Of a stretch of DNA of 64,000 nucleotides, positions 53,454-62,589 are shown piece by piece. The position numbers were made by a program, and so were the translations under genes. Below the pieces are notes generated by a model, which had not been told where the DNA came from, made no database searches, and was given only the letters and a program-made list of their open reading frames with translations. Source of the DNA: an uncultured Alphaproteobacteria bacterium (GTDB taxonomy: Bacteria > Pseudomonadota > Alphaproteobacteria > Rhizobiales > Xanthobacteraceae); NCBI GenBank assembly GCA_963714345.1, contig CAVQOD010000002.1:215822-279821 (forward strand), written 5' to 3'. Position 1 is the stretch's first letter. Every line of letters begins with the position of its first letter.

Positions 53454-53590
53454 CGTCATTCCGGGGCGCGCCGAAGGCGCGAGCCCGGAATCCATAATCA
53501 CAGGTTCTCGCAGAATTAGCACTGAAACTTGCCTAGGCGGCAGGGGGTATGGATTCCGGGCTCGGCCCCAAGGGCCGCCCCGAAATGACG
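53454..53590. repeat. Family-A composite element (second full copy)
   Basis: cgtcattccggggcgcgccgaaggcgcgagcccggaatccataatcac ... ggtatggattccgggctcggccccaagggccgccccgaaatgacg. The core (gcagaattagcactg) resembles the cores at 51017-51067 and 8190-8230. Confidence 0.85.
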
Positions 53591-53635
53591 CGGCCGCCTT
53601 GCAATCGCCGCTTCGGTCGGTGCATTTGATCCGCC

Positions 53636-54364
53636 ATGAATGTCACGATCATTGCCGCGCTCGTCGCCGGGATGCTGAGCTTTCTGTCGCCCTGCGTATT
53701 GCCGCTGGTGCCGCCTTATCTCGTCTACCTCACCGGCACCTCGCTCGAGCGCTTCGCCGATGCGGAAGCCGAGCCGCGGGCGCGGCGCGACACCATCGCC
53801 GCGGCAATTTTGTTCGTGCTCGGCTTTTCCACCGTGTTCATCGCGCTCGGCGCCAGCGCCAGCGCCATCGGCGGGCTGTTGCGGGTCTATTCAGGACCGC
53901 TCGCGATGCTTGCCGGCATCGGCATCATCGTCATGGGCCTGCACTTTCTCGGACTGACGCCGATCGCCTGGCTGATGCGCGAGAAGCGTCTCGCCATGGC
54001 AAAGCCGGTCGGCTTGTGGGGCGCCTATCTGATGGGCTTTGCCTTTGCGCTGGGCTGGACGCCGTGCATCGGCCCGATCCTTGCCGCCATCCTTGCTGTG
54101 GCCGCCTCGCAAGCCACGCTCGCCAAGGGCGCCGGCCTGCTTGCCGTCTATTCGCTCGGCCTTGGCGTGCCGTTTTTGGTCGCGGCGCTGGCGGTCGAGC
54201 CATTCGCGGCCTTTCTCGCGCGCTTCCGCGCTCATCTCGGTCTGGTCGAGAAGGCGATGGGCGGCCTCCTTGTGCTGACCGGCATCGCCTTTCTCACGGG
54301 CACGCTCGGCGAGGCGAGCTTCTGGCTGTTGCAGACTTTTCCGGCGCTCGGGAAGATCGGCTGA
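53636..54364 (+). CDS. ccdA: Cytochrome c biogenesis thiol:disulfide transporter CcdA (DsbD-family membrane core)
   Basis: MNVTIIAALVAGMLSFLSPCVLPLVPPYLVYLTG...GFAFALGWTPCIGPILAAIL... Confidence 0.9.
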   Translation: MNVTIIAALVAGMLSFLSPCVLPLVPPYLVYLTGTSLERFADAEAEPRARRDTIAAAILFVLGFSTVFIALGASASAIGGLLRVYSGPLAMLAGIGIIVMGLHFLGLTPIAWLMREKRLAMAKPVGLWGAYLMGFAFALGWTPCIGPILAAILAVAASQATLAKGAGLLAVYSLGLGVPFLVAALAVEPFAAFLARFRAHLGLVEKAMGGLLVLTGIAFLTGTLGEASFWLLQTFPALGKIG

Positions 54365-54397
54365 GCGGGGCGCGGACTGCATAAACACGCAGCTCCC

Positions 54398-56462
54398 CTA
54401 GGGGCTCCGAACCGCCACCGGTTTGATCACCAGCTTCGGCGGGGTTGTCTTGGTGAAAATCTTCACGGCGTCATCGTCTTTGAGCACCGTGGTGTCGAGA
54501 ACGCAGTCGTCGAGTAAGGCCTCGTTCTGTAACGCCAGCGGCCTTGCACACTTGTTCGGCGTGCGCCTTGTCAGCGGTTGAGAGATCGTCAGCAGTCAGC
54601 GGCTTGGCGGGAGCGCCGACTTTGGAGCGGGAGGCAACTCGACGAAGAGCGACTTCGCCGGGTCCACGCGCCAACTGTCGGCATATTTGCCGTAGAGATC
54701 CTTTACGTCCACCGGTACTTTCAGGACGACACCGTTGGCAGTGGAAATCTCATCCGCTTTGTCACTGGGGTTGCCGAGGAGGCCGCGGACCGCTTTGTCT
54801 GGAGAGCGGCCCAGACCCACGGTAACGTTTATCCACAATGGCTCGCTGCCATTTTTCACGAGGTCGGCGATAACACGGTTGCCATTGTTGTCGCTGATGC
54901 TGTACTCCACGCCACGGCGCGTAACCTGAACACCGTTAGGCAGCGAAGCGGTCTTGCCATCGGCCAGGTTGTTTGTTGCGCCATCAATGACCAGCCGCGC
55001 CGGTTGCAGGTAAACGGCGACGCGCGGTCTTGCCCATCATGACTGCGACCGCCGTGTTGGTGGCTGTGCCCGGATATCCCGGAGGCCCCGGGGTCTGGCG
55101 GGTATGGACCAGGAAGTCCGGACCGGCTTCCACGAGAACAAAGTCGCCATAGGCCTGAAAGTCATACTCCGTCACTCTCGTTGAACGGATGGACGTGCGT
55201 ATCGCCAAGGCTGATTGCGCTCGTGCAGGGTGCTGAAGTCGGGTTGCCGACGTTTGTTTCAGTGAATACCAGCGAGGGGAGATTCGACTTGGCCGGGTTC
55301 GATGTGGTCGCAACCAGAGTCGAGGTTGTTTGAACTCGCCGGTAAAGCTTTCAGAGGCGCAGACAGGTCCAAGGCGTTGTGCCACTGGCAACGCTCGTGC
55401 GCACTTCAAGCGTTGTATTAGGGTTGAATTGAGCGACGCCATTTCCGCCATCGCCAAAGATGTTGAATTCTACTCCAGTCCAATTTTTAGCGAGATTCTG
55501 GAAATTTGTTGGCACCCGGAGCAGAGCTAGGCGGGCTGCCTGAGATCGCAAAGGTCACGTTGTCCACGGTGTTGGCAGCGTCCGCGGGAAATGCGTTGAG
55601 TGTGGTTTCTTTGAGCGAAGAAACAGATACAGTTCCAACACTTGGGGTCGTAACCCCGCCAATTGCGCAATCTGTGAATTTGTCACCTGCCGTATCTTGC
55701 AATGTAAACGGGCACCATCCGTCGGTATACACATTAGCGCCGTCACATGATGCGCTTATGGGCGTTTGACACGTGTCGCCTACCTTGCCCCATTGCAGCA
55801 GCCAGTACTGGGTGTAAATCTCGCCACTGCCATCGGTGGTATAGATAAATTGCTCCCATTCCTGGCACCGAGCTATAGTTGTGATACCCGTGCCCGGGGA
55901 GCCGTTGCACGGAGAGTTAGATAACGAGGGCGGCGAAATAGGAGCTATGTTTAGTTGCAGTTCATAGGACTCCGAAGTGTTGGAGCCCGTGGCGGGAACA
56001 TTGGTCTCGCCGGTGGTCGTAACTGTGTCGAATGAACCTTCCGCCTCTGAGATAGGGTTTGTTGTAGTAGCTGAAAAATCAGTTCCGCCATTGCCTCCAA
56101 CTTGGGCCGTGCGTACACCCTTCGAGACCCTGGGCAGGCTAGCTTTGTGCGGCTTGCAATTCGCAAGGCACCTCATGCCACTGCGTGTCGGGATAGTTTG
56201 CTTTATAGCAGGCGGCCTTTGGCCGCGGCGTGTGGATCATCTTCTGGCGCCATGTTTCAAACTCCTCCGCGGTTGGCTTGTGTGGCTGTCCCGCGCCGGT
56301 TTCTGGCTTGCCGGCTTCCTCGCTCTCCGCTGCCTTGATCGCGCCGGTCAAACCAAAGCTCAGCATCAGCAGTGCGAGGATCGTGCACGACTTCAGCCCG
56401 GCCCTCGTCGCCCGGCCCGACGACAGAAATGTGAAAGCAAATGCGCTTGGTGCAAGACGCAT
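54398..56462 (-). pseudogene. Secreted ~680-aa Cys-rich protein: N-terminal domain of unknown function plus C-terminal von Willebrand factor type D (VWD)-like domain. At least eight frame changes; low GC.
   Basis: My own reconstruction across five listed ORFs and unlisted frames. Signal peptide: MRLAPSAFAFTFLSS...LALLMLSFGLTGAIKA. N-terminal domain: ...SYELQLNIAPIS...CQEWEQFIYTT...YTQYWLLQWG...WTGVEFNIFGDGGNGVAQFNPNTTLEVR...SFTGE|SNNL... VWD-like hallmarks: C..SLGDTHVHPFN..EYDFQAYGDFVLVE, AVAVMMGKT|RVAVYLQPARLVIDG, VRGLLGNPSDKADEISTANG, YADSWRVDPAKSLF, then ...CKAAGVT|NEALLDDCVLDTTV... Stop at 54400-54398. Confidence 0.6.
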
Positions 56463-56502
56463 CGTAGCCTCCCTAATTTAACGGTAGCCTCCCTAATTTA
56501 CC
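56463..56502 (-). repeat. Tandem duplication (2 x 20 bp) of the Shine-Dalgarno-containing segment directly upstream of the 56462 start codon
   Basis: Minus strand: ggTAAATTAGGGAGGCTACc gtTAAATTAGGGAGGCTACg ATG. 17 of 20 positions are identical. Confidence 0.9.
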
Positions 56503-56792
56503 TGTGACACAACCATAGCATGCAACCTAGAAAATCCTCAACCTATAAAATCGCTTGCAATAACGACCCCCTGACGGGCGGTTTTCACGTCGAATAACAG
56601 GAGCTGACTCACTTTTGATGAAGTTGCGGCGCCGATGATTTCGGATAGGAATCAGCGCCATGCATTTAACACCTTCGGGCGCAATGCCTTGAAGGCGGTA
56701 TCGCAAGAGCAAACACGCTCGCAGCAGAAAGCTTTTTCAGCGCGTCATGAATGATACATAACTGCTGCGCCGGTTCACTAGTCGGCCCCACT

Positions 56793-57939
56793 CTAGTTCG
56801 TCGGCGCGCCGGGCAGTTCGACATAAGTGATTTTGCCGTCGGGCTGCTTCACCCAGCGATAGACGACATAGTCGAGCCGGGTGATATCGCCCTTCTTGTC
56901 GTAGGAGATGTTGCCGATCACGGTCTTGAAAGTCATGCCGGAATGCATCTTGTCGGCGACTTTCTTCGGATCGAGCGAATTGGCCGCGGTCGCCGCCTGC
57001 GCGATGATCTGCACCGCGGCGTAGCTGTAGAGCGTATAGGCCTCCGGTTCGAAATTCTTGGCGCGGAATTCCGCCACCACGGCCTTGGCCTCCGGCCGGT
57101 TGCGCGGATCGGGGCCGTAGGTCATCAGCGAGCCGACGACGCCCGGGCCGCCGACAGAAGCGAACTCGTCGGAGGTGATGCCGTCGCCGCCCATCAGCGG
57201 CGCGGTGACGCCTTGGTCGCGCATCTGCCGCACGATCAGGCCGGCTTCGGTGTAAAGGCCGCCGAAATAAACCAAGTCGGCGCGCGATTGCTTGATCTTG
57301 GACACCAGCGCCGAATAATCCTTCTCGCCGGTATTGATGCCCTCGTAGAGCACGAAGTTCATGCCGCCGGCCTTGATCGTCTTTAGCGTCTCGTCGGCGA
57401 GACCCTTGCCGTAAGTGGTCTTGTCGTTGACGAAGGCGATGCGCTTGCCTTTGAAATGCTTGAGGATGTATTCGCCGGCGACCTTGCCCTGCTGGTCGTC
57501 GCGGCCGCAGACGCGGAAAATGTTCCACATGCCGCGCTCGGTGACCGTCGGATTGGTCGAGGCCGGCGTGATCTCCAGAATGCCGTTCTCCTGATAGACC
57601 TCCGAGGACGGGATGGTGACGCCGGAATTGTAATTGCCGATCACGAACTTCACGCCGTCGGCGGCAAAATCGTTGGCGACCGATACGCCTTGCTTGGGAT
57701 CGGAAACGTCGTCGCCATATTCCACCGTGATTTTCTGGCCGAGAATGCCGCCGGTCTTGTTGAGATCGGCGGCGGCCTGGTCGACGCCGTTCTTCATTTG
57801 CGCGCCGGTGGCGGCATTCGGGCCGGTGATCGGGCCGGCGACCCCGATCTTGACCTGGGCGGCGGCGCCTCCCGCCGTCATGGCCGGCAACCGCAATGGC
57901 AAAGCCCAGACCAAGACCCAGCGTGGTGATCTTTTTCAT
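56793..57939 (-). pseudogene. livK: Branched-chain amino acid ABC transporter substrate-binding protein; one apparent frameshift in the signal peptide (~57881)
   Basis: MKKITTLGLGLGFAIAVAG (ATG 57939) joins MTAGGAAAQVKIGVAGPITGPNAATGAQMKNGVDQAAADLNKTGGILGQKI... (ORF 56793..57914). Confidence 0.85.
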
Positions 57940-57993
57940 CGCTCGTTCTCCTTCGGATGGAGCCGGCTCTCGTACCGTGACGGCAACATTACG

Positions 57994-58308
57994 TCAGCGC
58001 GGCTTGCGGCGCCAGCGCAGCGGGCCGGCCGGCTCGATGATCCAATGATAATGCTCGACCATCTGGGCGGCGCGGGCGATGCGGAAGCCGAGAAATCCGA
58101 ACGCCATGCAGAACGCGCTGTCGACCAGATAATAATGCAGCGACAACAGCGTGCCGCCGAACAGGCTGAAATGAATGAAGCGGACGGCCAGGCCTAAGAT
58201 CAGCGAATAGGCCACCACCTGCCACCACGGCCGCCAGGTCGCGGCGACGGCCCGGCCGGCGAGCGTCGCCGCGCCGCCGCCAAGGATGACGGTGACCAGC
58301 AGGAACAC
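57994..58308 (-). CDS. Small membrane protein embedded in the liv operon (DUF6867-like; name from memory)
   Basis: ...FLLVTVILGGGAATLAGRAVAATWRPWWQVVAYSLILGLAVRFIHFSLFGGTLLSLHYYLVD... The frame stays open upstream (AFFFEEGSFG) without an ATG, so the start is uncertain. Confidence 0.55.
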   Translation of the reverse strand: MFLLVTVILGGGAATLAGRAVAATWRPWWQVVAYSLILGLAVRFIHFSLFGGTLLSLHYYLVDSAFCMAFGFLGFRIARAAQMVEHYHWIIEPAGPLRWRRKPR

Positions 58309-58386
58309 GCCGAACGAGCCTTCCTCGAAGAAGAAGGCTGCCGAGTGACGATGCCGCGTCGTCCATGACTGCAGTCTTCCGGATTG

Positions 58387-59107
58387 CTAGCGCCCGCCTT
58401 CGAGATAGGCGGATTTGATTTCCGGCCGTCCAACAGCTCGCGTCCGGAGCCCGACAGCGTGATCAGCCCATTGACCATGACGTAGCCGCGGTGCGCCAGG
58501 CGGAGCGCATGAAATGCGTTCTGCTCGACCAGGAATACGGTCAAGCCCTCGTCGCGGTTGAGCGCCCTGATGGCCTCGAATATTTGCCGCACGATCAGCG
58601 GCGCCAGCCCGAGCGACGGCTCGTCGAGCAGAAGGAGCCGCGGCCGGCTCATCAGCGCGCGCGCGATCGCCAGCATCTGCTGCTCGCCGCCGGACAGCGT
58701 GCCGCCGCGCTGGCCGAGGCGCTGTTTGAGGCGGGGAAACAGCGCGACGACGCGCTCGAGGTCATCGGCGAAAGTCGCGGGCTCGGCGGTGGTCGCCCCC
58801 ATCTGCAGGTTTTCCAGCACCGTCATGCGCGGAAAAATGCGCCGGCCCTCGGGCGCCTGCGCGATGCGCAGCTTGGCGATTTCGTGCGTCGGCAGCGCGG
58901 TGATGTCGCGGTCGGCGAAGCGGATCGAGCCTTCGCGCGCGCGCGGATTGCCACAGATCGTCATCATCAAAGTGGACTTCCCGGCGCCGTTGGCGCCGAT
59001 CAGGGTGACGATCTCGCCGTCATTGACGTCGAGATCGACGCCTTTGAGCGCCATGACGCGGCCGTAGAACGTCTTGACGCCGCGAACGGAAAGCAGCGCG
59101 CGGTCAT
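58387..59107 (-). pseudogene. livF: Branched-chain amino acid ABC transporter ATP-binding protein LivF; apparent frameshifts near both ends (~59095, ~58428)
   Basis: ATG 59107 overlaps the livG stop (ATGA) but reads MTARCF...; the body LLSVRGVKTFYGRVMALKGVDLDVNDGEIVTLIGANGAGKSTLMM...LSGGEQQMLAIARAL is +1. The C-terminus ELLD|RPEIKSAYLEGGR* is restored by another shift. Confidence 0.85.
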
Positions 59108-60021
59108 AGCCCGGCCTCGGCTTTGGCTTCGTCAACGACTTCCTCGGCGACGCCGAGATAAGCGGCGATGACCTTGGCATCGTTGCGGACGGCCTCCGGC
59201 TCGCCGTCGGCGATCTTCACGCCGTAGTCGAGCACGACGATATGATCGGAAATCTCCATCACCACCGTCATGTCGTGCTCGATCAGCAGCACGGAGATGC
59301 CGAACTCGTCGCGGATGGCACGCAGCAGGGCGTTGAGCTCGGCGCTCTCGCGCGGATTAAGGCCGGCCGCCGGCTCGTCGAGGCACAGCAGCACCGGGTC
59401 GGTGCACATGGCGCGGGCGATTTCGAGCCGCCGCTGCGCGCCATAGGGCAGGTCGCCGGCCGGGTCGTCGGCGCGCGCGGTCAGCCCGATGCGGTCGAGC
59501 CAGCCGCGCGCCTTGTCGATCGCCGCGCGCTCGGCCTGCGCGTAGGAGGGAAAGCCGAGCACGCCGAGGAGCGTATAGCCGGAGGCGAGCATCAGCCTGT
59601 TGTGCTGCGCGACCAACAGATTTTCCAGCGCCGTCATGCCGGGAAACAGCCGGATGTTCTGGAAAGTGCGCGCAACCCGCGCCCGTTGCGCGACCAGATA
59701 ATCCGGCATGCGCTCGAGCAGATAAAGCGCGCCGTTCTTGTCCGCTATGCTTCTGGCGCCGGAGGCGGTGAGCGTTTCGAGTTCGTTCCACACCGCGCCG
59801 TCGCCATGGCGCAGCGCCAGCCGTCCGGTGCTCGGCTTGTAGAAGCCGGTGATGCAGTTGAACACCGTGGTCTTGCCGGCGCCGTTCGGCCCGATCAGCG
59901 CGGTGATGGCGCCTTGGCGTGACGTCGAAGCTGAGATCGTCGATCGCGAGGAGGCCGCCGAAACGCATGGTCAAATGCTCGACGCGGAGCAAAGTGTCGG
60001 CGGCGAAACTTGTTCGCTCAT
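59104..60021 (-). pseudogene. livG: Branched-chain amino acid ABC transporter ATP-binding protein LivG; two apparent frameshifts (~60000, ~59920)
   Basis: MSEQVSPPT / LLRVEHLTMRFGGLLAIDDLSFDV / QGAITALIGPNGAGKTTVFNCITGFYKPSTGRL...LDEPAAGLNPRES... The first shift is consistent with one T missing from a T-run (acactttgctc). Confidence 0.85.
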
Positions 60022-60063
60022 GATCTGCTCGCGGACCAGTCGCCATTCTTCGGAATCATGCGC

Positions 60064-61403
60064 GCTAACCGTGGCCTTCTTTGACCAGGTCGGCGGCGAT
60101 GCTCTTGCGTTCTTTGAGAAACACCGAGGGTTACGCGGCTAGAGATCAGCCCGCGCGGCCGCCATACCATGATCAGCACCATGGCGAAGCCGAAAATGAG
60201 CATGCGGTATTGCGTCGGGTCGAAGGTCGGGCCGAAAATCGCGCTTGAGAAAATCGAGGTCGCGCATGATTTCGGTGCCGCCGATCATGACGATGGCGGC
60301 GATGGCGACGCCGATCTGGCTGCCCATGCCGCCGAGCACGACGATCGACAGAATGGTCGCGGATTCCAGGAACGTAAAGGATTCCGGCGAAATAAAACCT
60401 TGCCGGGTGGCGAAGAACGAGCCGGCAAAGCCGGCGAACATCGCGCCCATGGCGAACGCGGTCAGTTTGGTATTGGTGGTGTTGATGCCGAGCGAGCGGC
60501 AGGCGATTTCGTCTTCGCGCAGAGCCTCCCAGGCGCGGCCGACCGGCAGGCGGCGCAGCCGCACCGTCACGAATGCGGTGAGCAAGCGCCAGCGCCAAGA
60601 TGACGTAATAGAGGAAAATGACGCGGTAGAGCGGGCTAAACGGCAGTCCGAACACGGCGGCAAAACCGTTATCGTCGGCATTGAACGGTATGCCGAAAAA
60701 GGACGGCCGCGGGATGCCGCCGATGCCGGCATAGCCGTTGGTCAGCGCGGTGAAATTGATGATCACCAGGCGAATGATCTCGCCGAAGGCGAGGGTGACG
60801 ATGGCGAGATAATCGCCGCGCAGCCGCAACACCGGAAAGCCGAGCAAAATGCCCCAGAACGAGGCCAGCATGCCGGAGACCGGCAACAAGAACCCAGAAC
60901 GAGAGGCCGAGAGTCTTGGCGAGCAGCGCATAGGAATAGGCGCCGACCGCGTAAAACGCGACATAGCCGAGGTCGAGCAGGCCGGCGAGGCCGACGACGA
61001 TGTTCAAGCCCCAGCCGAGCATCACATAGATCAGGATCTGGATGCCGAAATTGTCGATCCATTTCACGCTGCCGCGAAAGCCGGCGGTGGCGAGCACCAG
61101 CGCGGGATAGACGATGACGAAGCCGATGGCGAAGGGAACGAACCATTTGCCGACGGCGATACGCCATGCCGGCGGCGCGGCCTGATCGGGCGCAACGCGC
61201 GGCGCTTGAGGCGCGGCTCGATGACGAGCGAATAGGCCGAGGCGACCGACGCCGACGATGGCGACGACCGCGAACAATAGCGGCCAGCGCGTCCTCAGGA
61301 TCAGCGCGTTTTCGCCGTTGACTTCGGTCTTGAACCCGATCAGCGGCAGGAAAAGCCCGAAGGCGACTATTGCGGTGATGCCGGCGTCGCGCAGCGCCGC
61401 CAT
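60064..61403 (-). pseudogene. livM: Branched-chain amino acid ABC transporter permease LivM; at least four apparent frameshifts (~60888, ~60585, ~60243, ~60130)
   Basis: MAALRDAGITAIVAFGLFLPLIGF...GWGLNIVVGLAGLLDLGYVAFYAVGAYSYALL... / LPVSGMLASFWGILLGFPVLRLRGDYLAIVTLAFGEIIRL... / [57 protein letters not shown]... / [31 protein letters not shown] / PSVFLKERKSIAADLVKEGHG*. Confidence 0.8.
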
Positions 61404-61483
61404 GGCGTCGGCGCGGTTGGGTGCGGGCGCTGCGGGCTGCCGGCGCAGATCGTCAGCCGGCGGAATTGGCGAGCGCCGTCACC

Positions 61484-62402
61484 TCACACCTTCTCGACGT
61501 CCGGGCGGCCGAACAATCCCTGCGGCAGGAAGATCAGCGTGATCGCCAATACGGAAAAAGCGGCGACGTCCTTGTAGTCGATGGAGAAGTAGGCTGACCA
61601 CATCGTCTCGATCAGCCCGATCAGGAGCCCGCCGATCACCGCGCCCGGCAGCGAGCCGATGCCGCCGAGCACCGCGGCGGTAAAGGCCTTCACGCCGGGC
61701 ACGAAGCCGTCGGAGAAGGTGACCACACCATAATACATCAGGTACATCGTGCCGGCGACGGCGGCGAGCGCGGCTGCGATCACGAAGGTGGTGGCGATGG
61801 TGCGGTCGACATTGACGCCGACAAGCGCCGCCATCTTCTGGTCCTGCTCGCAGGCGCGTTGCGCGCGGCCGAGCTTGGTTCTCGCCACCAGATACCAGAA
61901 CGCCAGCAACAGCACCGCCGTGACGCCCCAGATGATCAATTGCTTATAGGACAGCGTGACCGGAAAATTGTTGTGGGTGAACAGCACGAATTCGCCGTTG
62001 ATCATCGGCGGGATCGATTTATTGCGCGGTCCCTGCGTCACCTGCACGAAATTCGACAGCAAGATCGACATGCCGATCGCCGAGATCAGCGGCGCCAGGC
62101 GGAACGAGCCGCGCAACGGCCGGTAGGCGACGCGTTCGATCACCCAATTGACCAGCGAGGTGAACAGCATCGCACACGATCAGCACGATCAGCAACGCCA
62201 GCACGATCGAGGAAATGCCAAGCCAGGTGGTCAGGATCAGGAAGGTGATCAGCGCGATGAAGGCGGACACCATGAACACGTCGCCATGGGCGAAGTTCAC
62301 CATGCCGATGATGCCGAACACCATCGTGTAGCCGATCGCGATCAGCCCGTAGATCGAGCCGAGCGTGATGCCGTTGATGAGCTGTTGGAGAAAGACGTCC
62401 AT
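61484..62402 (-). pseudogene. livH: Branched-chain amino acid ABC transporter permease LivH; one apparent frameshift (~62175)
   Basis: [48 protein letters not shown]...LLIVLIV joins [38 protein letters not shown]... (ORF 61484..62170). Confidence 0.87.
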
Positions 62403-62589
62403 GCGTCCTGCGCGCCTCCGCATGGCTGCCCGGCCGACAACCGGTCGTTAAGGCTTAACAGGGGTGCCGCGGCGCGGCAACGCCGCGGCGCTTTGTGCCG
62501 CAGCGAGAATCGCGCATCGGGGCCGCGAAACCCGGTATTGCCGTCACCTCTGCCGCGGGCTAGGCAGCACATGCGCGATTTGGCAGCCA

